Of a stretch of 64,000 nt of DNA, positions 11,343 to 34,417 are shown in pieces. This DNA is from Paraspadella gotoi (lineage: Eukaryota > Animalia > Chaetognatha). The stretch lies in assembly GCA_051294375.1 (NCBI GenBank), contig CM119264.1:21857582-21921581 (forward strand), written 5' to 3'. The translations under genes and the position numbers were made by a program. The notes under the pieces are model-generated. The model was not told where the DNA came from. It searched no databases and saw only the letters and a program-made list of their open reading frames with translations. How positions within the stretch are numbered: the first letter of the stretch is position 1; every line of letters starts with the position of its first letter.

Positions 11343-14300
11343 TCATTTGAGCAGGGCGGACACGACGGCCTTGGCATTGAGGCTCTTCAGGTCTGTATAG
11401 GTCTGACCAGTACCAACGAACACGATTGGCTGACCGGTGGCGTGGGTCATCGAAACGGCGGCGCCAACCTGGAAGAGAAAAACAAGATTATCTCGACATG
11501 CTTAATAAGTATTACTTATAGATAGAAATTATAAAACTAACCTTATCGTCTATGGTATCAAACTTCGTCAATACGATACCGTCGATCAATTGAGGACGGT
11601 CCATCTAAAACCAATTTTTCATTATTAAATTTCAACTTCAAGCAACAAATAATTGTCGTATTCTTAAATAATCATCGAAAAATACCGACTCCTAATTATT
11701 TTAACCACACGGTCGAATCAACCTGAGAAAAATCGGCGAGCGACTGGTTAAACTTCTTGAGCTGATCAATGGCGTCGTTCCCGACAAGAGCCTCGCCGAC
11801 GAAAAGGACAAGGTCTGGGGCGTTGACCTTGATCAACTTTGCCAAGGAGCGCATCAGAGGTTCGTTGTCTTGCATTCTCCCAGCGGTGTCCACCAAAACC
11901 ACGTCGATGTGCGTCTGATATTTGTTTCTTTCTGTTAGACGATTAAAACTATAAATAATGAAGAGATATCATACCTGTCTAGCGTGATTAATTGCCTCCA
12001 TTGCAATTCCGGCCGGATCCTTGCCATAACCTTTTTCGTACAGCTGCACCATCTGTCTCCCACCGTGATTCTCCGGAGGATGAAGAGCATTCAATTTACG
12101 AGTATGAGTACGAAGCTGTTCCACTGATTATAAAACTTTATAAATTTTTGTTCACACTTTCTCATTCAACCGCATAATGACACAAATTAATAATTGTATT
12201 AAAATGGTGCTACTCATAAGGCGCGAATCTGTAAATTTTAAAAATAGCCGGCTGAATAAAATTATGATAGCCAAATCGAGATCAGATCTTCTCTCCTAAA
12301 ATTAAAATTCTTTCTCCGCTCGCTCAGCGCTCACCTGCTCCTGATCTGAAAGTGTCCCCGGCGGCAACAAGAACCCTCAGTCCGTTTTCGATCAACCAGA
12401 AGGAGATCTTCGCCAGATTGGTGGACTTGCCGACTCCATTGACCCCGCAGAAAGTGACAACGTAGGGGCGCTGTGCGCGTTGAGCCTCTAGAGCGTCGCG
12501 GAGGATGTCTATGCGGCGATCCGGCGACAGAAGCTGTTTACGAAGAGATCATGCTTTATGTAATTTTAAAATATGCTAATTTTTTTACGTTTAAATATGT
12601 TTTACTAAAATAACTACAATCTATTAAAAGCAACAGTAAAATTGTTGTTTGGATACCTTGACGCACGAGTCAGTCAGAGTCTGCCTGACGGTCGAATTGA
12701 CGGTTTCAAAAGTGCCAAGAACCTTTCCCTCCAGCTTCTCGGCCACGCTTTCACAGAGCTTTTCGGCGATCTCGGTCGCGACGTTCTTGGCAATCATCGT
12801 CTCCTTAAGCTTCTGCAATGCTGGCTCTATGGTCTCGGCGGTGAGACTCTTGGAACCGACCAGGCCTCGAAGGGCGGAGAAGAAGGACGACGACGACTTG
12901 GAGGATGAAGACTCCGATTCTAAGGAAAAATTACAAAATTAGTATATAGTTAAACTATTTTTAATTCTGAACATGAGGCTAGGTATAAGCGTTCTTTCTA
13001 GGTACAGCAAAAAATAGTAAAAATAGCAAAAAATATCAATCTTAAACTATGTACAAGTATTCCATCGAGAGTACTTCACATGAAATATTTTTATCACAAC
13101 CAAAGGAAAAATCATACCTTCAACAACCTCCTCGTCGTGTTCGTCGACGAGCGCTTGAAGATCTCCGCCCATTGTTCCCACAAAGCCTTTCTGCTTTTCG
13201 TCGACGATGTCCTCCTCCTCCTCATTAGCTCCGTTCTCCCCGTCATCCGCTTTCGCAGGTTTGCTGTGTTGAAAATTAGGGCCGTAAACAATGATCGTGA
13301 AATTAAACTACTGTTTTATGTTAAAATAAATTGGAATTTAATTTTTAAATTTATATTTTTTTCTCTTTTCACTCCTCTAATCTTTCACTTCTGGTAGCGA
13401 AAAATTATCGCTGTCGCACCTGGAATAATCTAGTTCCAACGTATCGGCGGCGCTCCTTTTTCCGGTGTCCATAATTCCATCCCAAACCCGTTTCTTTTTC
13501 GAACGGTCCTGACCATAGTAAAATAGGCGCGTCGCGTCAATTAACAACTAGCTTATTACCCCAAGTCGAGAAAAGAAGGTAAACAACAGACCTTGGGTTG
13601 AGTAACCACAGGACTCTTGGTTTTTCCCTTTCCCATCTGCCTTTGAAAAAACTTTTCTCGGTTGGCCGCCACATCGATGTTCGTTGCATCTTCGGCCTGA
13701 GTAAGAATTCATCTTGGTTCAGATTCACCAAAAATTATGTCAGTCATACTTGGGCTCGAGGCGACAGAGACCTCAGGCGAGGGCGGCACCCCGTTGACGA
13801 CCGGCGGCGGCGGGGCTTCGTTCTCGCGGTTATCCTTGGGTGGGGCGCCGTTCTTCTTCTTGCCCTTCTTGCCCTTTGCCACCGACTGAAATTAAAAGTG
13901 AAAAATAGTAAATATGTCTATGCACTAATTGGAAATGTGTGCGAACTGAAGAAAAAAAATGAATAAAGAATAATCACCCCCGGGGCGTCCGGCGCTGCGG
14001 AGTCGGAGGGGGGCGCCTCCCCTTTCTTGTGGACCATCGAGGCGATGGTCTTTTTGCTCTTCTCAGACTGACCGAAGGTGCGCATCGACACACCCTTCAA
14101 CTTCCGGGCCTCGTCCTCCGCAATCTTAAGCTTCATTCTGAGACACAAAAAACAACAAATTTTTAGTTTTTAGAAATTATGCTATTTTAAAAAATATTAT
14201 GACAAAGAAAAAAATTTACTGAAAAGTGGAATCGAATTCTTGAAACCCAGACAAGAACTTGTTGTGCAACAGTTGATCCTTGTAGCGTTCACGAAATTCT

Positions 14301-14631
14301 TTCTGAATGTCGCTCAAAAATTTGTCCACATATGAAAGTTGAAGGATTTTTTGATAAGCGATTACAAACACGAGTTCGAATTCGTTGTCCAACTAATCCC
14401 AAAGAATTAATTAATGCTATCATTTAGACATGCACTGATATTTAACATTGATTTTACCTTAAACTTCATGGACAAGTTCTCGTAGGTGAACATATCAGAA
14501 CCGCTTCTTTCTTGAAGAATAACGCTTTTGATTAAGGCATTCACGGGAGGCATCGGATTAAGAGAGGGATTCCCCTGGAAGAACCAGAGGACGATCCCTC
14601 CTTTACTGAAGATAGTGAATATGTCTAACAT
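11343..14631 (-). CDS. SRPRA: Signal recognition particle receptor subunit alpha (multi-exon)
   Basis: SRX N-terminus [16 protein letters not shown]...[13 protein letters not shown]; P-loop GVNGVGKST at about 12420-12446; [20 protein letters not shown]; TKFD; [10 protein letters not shown]; ends AVVSALLK*. Confidence 0.95.
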
Positions 14632-15029
14632 TTTGAATACCTAAAAATATGAAATTGGTACATTTATTTTTTCAAACCAACGGTACGGAAGGGTAGAGGA
14701 TAATTTCTCGGAAAAAAAATTAAATGAATTGAGATATCATAATCTAGGATCGCCAATCAACGAAAAACTTACGATTTTTTTTATCTCATATTAGATCTAT
14801 AGGCATAAGAAAAAAGTAAAAATCGTCAGTAATCATTAATTTTTTTTTTTTCTGAAAAGAAAAAAAGACAACAAAACAAATGAGGTAGACTGGTCGTCCA
14901 AACGGGGCATCAAAATTTAAAACAAAATACGAAGAATCACAGAATTGACTATCACAGAAAAATTCTAACAGATGTTGAGATGGAGAGTTAATGAGTCATT
15001 TCAGGAGTCATTCATGATCGACGTCGCCA

Positions 15030-15253
15030 TCAACATCTGGAGTCGGGTGAGAGGGATTGCGGCTGAGAAGGAGGGCGGCGTTTCCCTTCATCAATAGAAT
15101 TCCGAGGCGCTGGAAGAGATGACAAACTGTTTCGCCCCCTTCGCGTCCGGTTTGCCTTGCCAGTGCCAGAATCATCAGAATCATCAGAATCATTAATAAT
15201 CTTTAATCTTCCACCACGTTGACATATTTTTCTCTGTTGTTTCCTTTTCGTGA
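15030..15253 (-). CDS. Possible terminal coding exon of an unidentified minus-strand gene (TKRKQQRKICQRGGRLKIINDSDDSDDSGTG...SPDSRC*)
   Basis: Acceptor TTTTACTTTTAG followed by 74 open codons in a GC-richer island. No recognisable homology. Confidence 0.3.
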
Positions 15254-16937
15254 CTAAAAGTAAAATGATGAGGATTTCCGCGTAGTTTTTTTTTTTTTTT
15301 TAAGAGAGAAAGAAAAGCCAATCTTATGCTTTCTTTAAACACAAAATTTGATAATCGATTGATAATTGATTTAGGAAAAGAATTTTTCAATCACCAAATT
15401 AGAGGCTTATACCTTAATGCCTTAATAGTCTAAACTATAAAGTATAAACTCGTCTCTAATGTGATTCTGCGTCATTCATCCGCCGGGGATACCAATGTTC
15501 ATTTGTCTCATTTGTCCTCTTTTTTTAAAAATTTTATTCCGGTGGCTTTTCAAAAACACTTAAGTCCAAAAGAACAGTCATAATAATTATTATTAATAAT
15601 ATCAATGCCATGATCAAATTTCAAGAAAGGAAAATTCTTGCATTTGAAGAGTTATAATTAATAACTTATATGCATTAAAATTTAAAAACATAAAATGGTG
15701 AACAATTTGGTTTCATCTTACATTGTCTGAGCAATCAGAAAGTCAAAAGCTTTTTCACAACTATTATAAAGTTTTTTCTAATTAAATTATCAAAAATAAA
15801 AATTTAAGCTTTGAAAAAAAATTTAAAAAAGAGCAATTTTGCCTCAACTTTGAAATATTTTTTTTTTTTCATCCTTCCAAGACATTATGCTAACTAAGGC
15901 GTAGTAAAATTTCTAAATTTAACTTTAATTAAAATTCTAAAAGTGATGAACGAACAACATTATACTAATGAACATTTATGTAATAAAAAAATTTATAATA
16001 AATTTTACAACTTACAAAGTAGGCCATATTTATACTAGTATCAAATTCATAAATGTTAAAATTTTTAAAACAGTTTTTTTCTAAGATTTTTTTTTCAGAT
16101 AAAAAGTGGGTCAAAAATTAGAAAAAGCTATATTTTAAGCTGAAAATGAACTTTTTATATATTAAATATAGTTTTTTAATTTTTAACCCACTTAATGAAA
16201 TAATTTTTAAAATTAATTTATATTTTCTTTTATCAACTTTTGTTGAGGAATTCAAATCTGCAATCAAAATTAAGAAAAGACTATTTTGAAATTTTTCTAT
16301 TTTATAAGGATAATACTATATATAAATATATAAATATAAATATATAAATATAAATATAAATATAGCCTACTGCGAAAATTAAAAAACATAAAATTAATTT
16401 TTTTTAAAAAATTAATATTCACTGATGATATGTTGTTCATAATTGACTTTTAGAATTTCCGTACGTAACTTTCACTACGCTCTACTCTTGAGAGAGATTA
16501 GGATATTTTGATAACATAAAAGTTACAGCTGCCAGCATATTCTCTATCTCTCCACAAAAAACTTGGTCTGCAAGTCGATTATTTTCCAGTAACTAACACA
16601 TGATTTTTGCTCCTGATAAAATAAAGATTTCGTAAATAAACAATGCTTTGAGACCAAGACTTTCATTGCAGGCACAATATACTCTTTCACTCTGTTCGCA
16701 CTGAAAAGAAAATATTAAATCTACGACCACATGTAACAAGAACCTGCAAGCTCAAGGTGTTGTTTTTTCTGGATGTATCACGTGGCTCTTTAATAGTGGA
16801 CCACTTAAAAATAAAAATATAGTTTAATTTTTTTATGTTTACCCGATTTACCCTTTTACTTTAGAACTTGATCATGATTATGAATGTACATGAATAAACA
16901 TTATGTTATAATCCTTTCTTTTTCATTGTGTTGTAGA

Positions 16938-17307
16938 ATTAAAAGAAGTTTGCAATTATTTCAACAACGATTTTATTTTTTAGAGAAAAACGTACATGCT
17001 TTTGTTCAAGCCTTAATCAGCGTTAATTTGATTTGTCTCACCATTTGCACTTCTTTTCAAAATTAACTCGATCTGTCTTCACCTTCAGCCTGTCCTCACC
17101 ATTTGACCACTGTTCTTTTTCAATACTTTGCCCTCTCTCTATTTTTCTCTCTCTCTCTCTATCTTTCTCTTCTTCTTTTGCACAGATTTGTTTAACTTTT
17201 TCACATATCAAATTAACGCTGATGAAGGCTTGAACCAAAGCCGAAACATGTACGTTTTTCTCTGAAAAATAAAATCGTTATTGAAATAATTTCAAACTTC
17301 TTCTAAT
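16938..17307. mobile_element. Inverted pair of a Penelope-like pseudo-LTR repeat (arms 16938-17036 and 17203-17307)
   Basis: The roughly 100-bp arms are reverse complements and the right arm carries a hammerhead core. A third related copy lies at about 29320-29430 in an ALK intron. Confidence 0.65.
17215..17256 (+). ncRNA. Minimal type I hammerhead ribozyme (Penelope/retrozyme type)
   Basis: AACG-CTGATGA-A-GGCTT-gaacca-AAGCC-GAAA-C-AT-GTA-CGTT: core CUGAUGA and GAAA, 5-bp stem II, palindromic minimal stem III (ACATGT), GUA cleavage triplet, stem I AACG/CGTT. Confidence 0.8.
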
Positions 17308-18020
17308 GAATAAACATATGAATTAAATAAATAGGAAAGACATCTTTTATTATTCCAATTACCTTCTGCATCAGATATGCAACTGTTGGGTGATGCTAAT
17401 GATGTTGATCAATGACTTTTTAAATGTTCGTTGATGCGAATTCCGTTCCAACACAATTTCAAACAGCAATTTTTTTTACTTACTAGTGTCAGATAAATAT
17501 TTTTTTCTGATATATTGGTAACTTAATAACATAAAGAAAGATTTGTCAAAACATTTTTAAAGATCTTTTCAGATTATGAGTTTTAGTTTATGTAAAATAC
17601 AGAATATTTTAATATTTTACTGGATAACTTTACTGTTTTCTTTACAGTCATTAGCAGTAAAATATTTCAAGCTTATATCTCGAGACCTAAATTAAAACAA
17701 TTACAAGTAATGCTTGATTCGGAACGAAGAGGAGTTACTTTATCGAATGCATCTTTAAATTGGAATTGTTTTAATTCGAATAGCAGTGAAAATTTTGACA
17801 TTATATGAAAACTATGTGAAATTTCCTTTTTTTTTAATGTTACTTTAATACTTTTGACCCGGCCTGAGGGAGTTTATGTGAGAGTTTTAACTTTTTGAGA
17901 GAAAGCAATCCAGGGCTATAAGTGGTTATATGACTAAAATTTGGGTTTACATATGTACAATACAATACAGTACAATATGTACAATTAGTATTCCCCGATC
18001 TAATACTTAAGGGAGTGGTC

Positions 18021-18267
18021 TTTTCATACAATTGAAACATTCTTTGAAATATTTTCCACTTCATTGATAGGGAAGCCAGGTACTCTGGGAGTGAATAAAC
18101 GGGACTGTGAGAGAGTCTTGATTGAAAGCTTGTAGGGACCTGCTATGTCATTATCTTGTAAGAGTGATGGAGGTCTTAAACCACCAAAGCCTGTCCAAAG
18201 TCAGGGGCAAGATAGCTTATTTATTAAATGAATGGATAATTTTTATATTGGTTGTACCAATTTCATA
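18021..18267 (+). repeat. Interspersed repeat of about 245 bp, with copies at about 51254-51500 and 61141-61383
   Basis: Near-identical sequence from TTTTCATACAATTGAAACATTC to GGTTGTACCAATTTCATA at three places. Confidence 0.9.
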
Positions 18268-21200
18268 TAAACATTATGCGTTTAGGTAGGAAGTTGAAAA
18301 TTGAAACAGTAGTCAGACTGGATAAAGACGTTCAGATAGCAAAGTTTCAGATTTTTTTTCAACGTTTTTGGCTGACTCCCTATATCCCTTAACTATTCTT
18401 TCTCATATTCTTTTAATTTTCTCTATTTTTTCTTTCTTTCTTTCTTTCTTTTTTTCTCTCTTTCTTTCTTTGCTGCTTGTTCAAACTTCAAAATTCATTT
18501 CGGCCTCAAAATCGATTCGCTTCCTTCCGTTTTTCCCCCTCCTCTCTTCGTCTCATCTTTGTCCTCCTGATTTCTAGTTCATTTTGCACGCTCCTTCCCT
18601 TACTCGATATATTCTACTCCTGCACCCATCAAACTTTTATTCATATTTTTCTTTTCCATTCGTGTTTCTCCATTATCCGCAGGCTATTTCTTTTCTTTTT
18701 TCATCATTCTGCTATTTCTCCTTTGCTGTCAGTCATGAATTTTTTTTTAATCTTTTGTTTTCCGCATTCAATTGTAAAAATATAAAATTATTTTAATTAC
18801 AATTATGATTGAATTCACAGTTAAAATTTCAATAACACAATAAAACTCCAATGAGAAAAGACAGCCTTTAAGTTTAACTTTCTCCATATTGCGAGTTGTC
18901 GAGTAAGGTCGATTGTCGCACAAACGTCCTTCTTGCATATTATTATTATTGTCTCATTTGAAATTGACTAACGGCGAACACCCTGGGGAAGCCTTTTTGT
19001 CTGCAACCAAACGGGAGGAGTCGGAGGGGGGAAGAGAGAAAGGGGAAAAAAACCCAAACTTCAGATTATCCCCCTACCGAAAAAGGGAGAAAAAAAAGAA
19101 ATATACTGTCACTCTTCTTGACCGTTCGTCTCTCTTTCTCTCTCCCTTGTTTTTCTCATGAATCTTATGAATAAAATCAAAAAGTTAGATCTCCCTCGCC
19201 ATTTTCCTCGCCGGAGGCACCGCTCAGTTGTCCTTGTCATGCTAAGCCTTCGGTTTTGGCCTAATGAAACTTTTTTAAGCCAGTTTTAATAATAATATAA
19301 CCAAGGTAGTCCACATTTTCTGCCCTGAAGAACTTACTTTTAAACAGGCCCAACATTTAATAATTTTTTCAACCAGTCGAAGTTTATTAATTTTAATAAT
19401 AAAAGTAATAGCAAATTAAATTAAATTAAATTAAGGGTAGTACTAAATTAGATTTTTGAAGCGAAATTTTCGCTACAGCTGAGTTAACTGAATGTTTGGG
19501 ATAACGATTTCTTGCTTTTATCATGTTCTTTGGTTTTCATTCTTTCTCTCGTGCCGATGGTCATCCGAAGGCGCGGCCCATAGAAGAGTCGATCAGCTTT
19601 TTGCGGTTTTTGTCGCATTCTTACCCTGTCGCGTCGTCAATTGCGACGGAAGTTCCTCTCTTTTCTCCTTTTGCATTTTGCCTTTCCTCATTCCCTATTT
19701 TCGCTCTCCTTTTTTGCTGAAAGCTACGCTTCCTTTTGCGCTTTGCTTTTTATATTTTGTTTATAAATTTTTGACGTTTAAAAAAAACAAAAAAACAAAA
19801 AACAAAATAACGATCTTACAAATCTTTAAATATCATTTTCGTAAATTAAATGCCAAAAGTATAGCTGCATTTTCATGGTGCCCCATCTGGGTTGTGCGAA
19901 TTGTTTTTTTTTCTCCTATGTGCCAAGATTTATTTGCGAGTATTTTACAAATTAAAATTTTTGTATAATTGTATACACAGTGGAGATTCTTGGCGTTTAT
20001 ACAAAAAAGAAAATAAAATGGTCAAACTGCAAACAAATTCTATACAAATTTTATTGCTCCCTAAGAAATTATTTTGAATTCTTTTTTGTATAGTTTTTTA
20101 CAGATGTTAACCAAAGTTTCTCTCTCTCTCTCCCTATAGAAATGAATACCACATTGTACATTGTACGGACTTGAATCTTAATCCCCTAATTGATCCTCCC
20201 CCACTTACAATTGTTTTACAAAATTGTTTTATAGCGGATGAATCGTAAAGGATTTTTTTATTTTTTGGATTGTATTTAGTTTTGCTATGTCAAAAAACAT
20301 TAGTATTGGAAGCAACCAAAACCAGAAGTCATGTGTGCTCCGCGCCAAAATAATTAAAAATCAACTACATAAATATTTGCACTCCTGCAAAAAGTTACAA
20401 TGATCAACCTAATGGGTTTCTTTATAGTGGTATTGAGAGAGTACTGTTTATGGATTTCTCTAATAAAAAATCAAATTTCTACCATAAGCCAAAACTGTAT
20501 AGCACACAATATAAATCAGTTAGTACTGTATAATTTTATATATTTATAAAAATTGAAGCTGTAGTATACTGCAGCAACCTGAAGTACCATATAATTACCG
20601 AGATAAGGTCCCAGACATATAAACCATCGATATGGGTTATTTATATAGCATAATAAACTATGTTATTAGCATATAATAATTTTGGCCTAAGGGAATTATG
20701 CCCCATGTAATACAGTACCTAAATTCATTTGGATATTGCAGTATAGGACCCATTATTTAATATACAGTGTTACCAAGAATGTAAAGACTTTTTCATATCG
20801 GATACTCATCTTTGGAAGGGTCCTAAGGAAGGTCGATATATCATTAAGTACAAATTATCAAGTGAATTTGTAATTTTTTCTATGGAGGGTAAGTTTTAAG
20901 TCAGAACCCTGTACAATGTACAATTAGCAAATTCGATTCCATTCGCTTTTCTGATTTCAGTAAATCGATTCCTCATTTTTCTTGCCATTTTTGTTGTGAC
21001 CACCTTCATTGTATAATAAATATAATACGCTTTGTATATCACTCATCTCTTGCTACTACTGTTATGAAGCGAAATCTTATATTTTAAATGTTGGTCGTTG
21101 AATTCTAATTATACTTCTTGTAAATATTTTTGAATTGGAGAAAAAGAGATCATTTTGCATTGCTCTAGGCAAAAGCCCTCCAATGCAAATTAAAAGCTCG

Positions 21201-23580
21201 AAAACAAGATCTGCGTCGTCATCATTATAATTGTGTGGGACTCGATGATGCGGTCATAAGGCGAGGCGGGAAAGCGGGTTTAATATTGGTCGGGGGAGGG
21301 ACTCGGGAGGGTTTCCATTTAAATCCATTTTTTGCCTCCTTTATTACGATTTTCCCATGCGCGTTCGTTCGCTAGTTCGCTTCAACGAACAGCCAGTCGC
21401 TCTGTCTCTTCGGTCGAAAGCTTGCCTTGATTTGCTCAAAGTTATTGCGTCAGGGCGTTTTAGAATCGTTACGATTGTGAATTTTCAACATATATCATAT
21501 CAACAGTTATGAGTATGACATTTATATTACAAGGAATGGCTTTGGGAATATTCGCGGGATTATTCCAAATTATAAAAATGACAGGACAAAAAAAAGGTAT
21601 ATAATAAAAATAACGAATTAAGTGAAATCGTATTTTTATCCGACGCAGAAAGATTACTTATGACTCTTTCGCACGAGCGACTCACTCTCCCTCTCGCTCT
21701 CGTGATTTTCTTTTACGCGAGATTCTGGTTTCCAAATCGCCTGCTACACAAAACCACAGAATCCGATTTAGAAAAAAAAAAATTAAAAAAAAGGGAAAGC
21801 GCGTGCTTAGTCCTCGATGCTGCCAGGACGCGAGCGCGCGAGGATGTGGGAGGGAGGAGGAAGATCGAAGAGGGAGAAGAAAAGCGAGGATGAAGGGAGG
21901 TGAAAGAGGGAAAAGAAAGGAAGGAGGCAGGAGTTAGAGAGAAGAGGTAGGCGACAGAGGAAAATTAAAACAAAAGAGAGAAACGTCACCCCCAAGTTTT
22001 ACCAGAAGTAAAAGAACGAAGAAATCGCCAGAGTTGAGGAATCGACGAAGCAATTAGACAAAAGTCGGATTTCGAAGGATTTGAAAGGCTTAAAACGCTT
22101 AAAACCCTTTACGTCAAGAGAGGGCGCGCGACAATTTGCGTCGTCAATCGTCATGCTTTATGCTTATGGCGAAGAGAGAGAAAGACTCTCCTTGTTTGTC
22201 TGTTTTTGTCTTTTTTAATTAATTTATCATCAGTTTTAGGATACTATCAAATCTGATTTATTCCAATTTCTTTATTGAATTTTCATCAATTTTAATCGGT
22301 GTAATGGCGGTTTTTAATAACTTGGAAGAACAATTTAGGGCTCAGTAAAATTTTTTTTGACATCAACTAATTATATTTATGAATTGGCTTTGGATTGTAC
22401 AAGAAATGGAGCGCTTTCGAAAAAGAAAAAAAGCTCAATAAAGTGCTTTTTTAATAATGAATATTGCCCTTTTTTTCTTCTTTACACTCCTTGATAATGT
22501 TATCTGAATACTATTTGCAAAGCTATAAATTGACGAATTGGATTTTAATAAATAAATGGATTTTAACAAATAAATCATCGCCACGTCGTGTTGTGTAAAT
22601 TGTGGGTGCATCATATATCAAACCGTTAGTTTTCTTTGTCTGTACAATTTTTATCTCATCTCTATCTTGATGAATTAAGATACTAGTAAAACTTACGTAA
22701 TCAAGAGCGTGTGCTGCACAAATAACGTTAAAAATTACTAAATAGTAAATAAGTAGGTTTTAAAATGTTTACTATGTATTATGTATTTTCCCTATGTTCC
22801 CTATTCAATACTTATACTGCATTGAATAACTAAATCAATATTCAGTTAAACCAAAAATTATTCGTTTTTCAAAGTTCCTCAGTTAGAACTTGACTCCTAT
22901 TCCTAATCACTATCGCACCGCGTGGCCGTGTCGCTCGGCTTCCATCCTCTTCCCGGTTTTTCTCCTGAGATTTAGTAAACCCTCGATTTTTCCTCGACGT
23001 CGTAATCGTCGTCATCGTCGTCGCGTTTCGGCGTCGATTGCGACGCCGTTGACGCCGCGGTTCCCGCTCCTCGACGTCTCGGCATGCGCCAGGTCCATCA
23101 CCGGCGCCAAACATATCGCCGCGTGGACGCACGACGCGCTCCACGAGGATGCACCGGGACGGTTCGGCGTCCCGGCGTCCTCGATCCTGCGCCCGGGACG
23201 AAGAAAGAAAGAAGTTAAAAAAATAAAATTCCCGGTCTCGGACGCTTTCTTTGTTTCTTTCTTCTTCCTTCGCTTTTCTTTACTTTCTTTTTCTTTCCTC
23301 TTCTTCCCTCTTCTTCTTTTACTTCTTTCCTTTCCTCCTTCATCTTCTGGATTTTTTTTCAAGTTTCGGCGCGGTCCGCCCAGGGGCCTGGATGCATGGC
23401 CGCTCACGATCCAGCTCGTGAGAGAGAGAGAGTGAGAGAGAAGAAGAAGAGAGAGAGAGAGACTCTTCTTCGATTCCTCCCTCCGCGACACTCCTCATTT
23501 TATCGTTCTCCATTTTCGCGCTTCCTCTCTTCCTCCACATTTTTATCCTCTTCCTCCGTCTCCTCTAGGAAAGACTCCGG

Positions 23581-23608
23581 GACTCTCTCTCTCTCTATTC
23601 TCTCTCTA

Positions 23609-23685
<77 letters not shown>

Positions 23686-23975
23686 TCTACTCTCTCTCTC
23701 TTCTCTCTCTCTCTTCACCACAATCTGCCACCATTGGTGACTCCATTTTGAAACATCGTTTCGCCCCGATTTATATTGTGACGAATGATCGAGAAAGATT
23801 CAAAGAAAAAACTCGATGCATCTCATAGTTTTCCTTTGCGCAGTTGAAAGAAGACGAAGAAAAAGTCTATCGCACTAACGACAACAACTAAAAGAACTAC
23901 CGGCGGAAAATAAAGAAAACTTCATTTAATTTTAGTTTTTATATCCCTCGATTAAGTCTCTCTATTTCTCTTTCT

Positions 23976-24058
<83 letters not shown>
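23581..24058. repeat. (CT)n microsatellite tracts upstream of ALK; similar tracts at about 29431-29496, 34114-34414 and 38014-38270
   Basis: Direct observation. Confidence 0.95.
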
Positions 24059-24063
<5 letters not shown>

Positions 24064-24094
24064 TTTCTCCTCGGCCGACCTCCATGAAACCGTG

Positions 24095-33851
<9,757 letters not shown>

Positions 33852-34110
33852 AACTTTTTTTATTTTTGCGATGGAAAAAAAGAGGTTGCCGTGGAAGTGG
33901 AGGATCGCGGCGAATAGAAGAGGGGATTATCGAGAGATGGATCGATACAAGATCCATCCATTTGTTTTGGTTTTAATACTACGAACAGTTTTTGGATTTT
34001 TTTTTTGTACCGGAAGGTCAATGCTAAAGATTCCGCGAAGACTACTGAGTTCGAGGATACTTTTTGTTTTAGATTTTTTTTATCATGACAACTTTTCTCT
34101 GTCCAGAATC

Positions 34111-34158
<48 letters not shown>

Positions 34159-34337
34159 TACAAGCCATCCGAAAAATGTGATCGGTAATGTTGTGTTTGC
34201 GTTTTACCTACTTGCTGCTTTCCAAATGAAAAGAAAACAAACAAACAAAATTTTCCCAGGCATCTGTGTTGTTGTAAACGGTCACCATTTTAATTGTTTT
34301 TTAGCGATTTGTTTTTAGCCGACGCCATCTCTCTCTC

Positions 34338-34417
<80 letters not shown>

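Noticed and set aside
16422-16450. Other CTGANGA occurrences (16422, 19325, 36344, 48880) as hammerheads
   Set aside because: No stem II followed by GAAA and a cleavage triplet.
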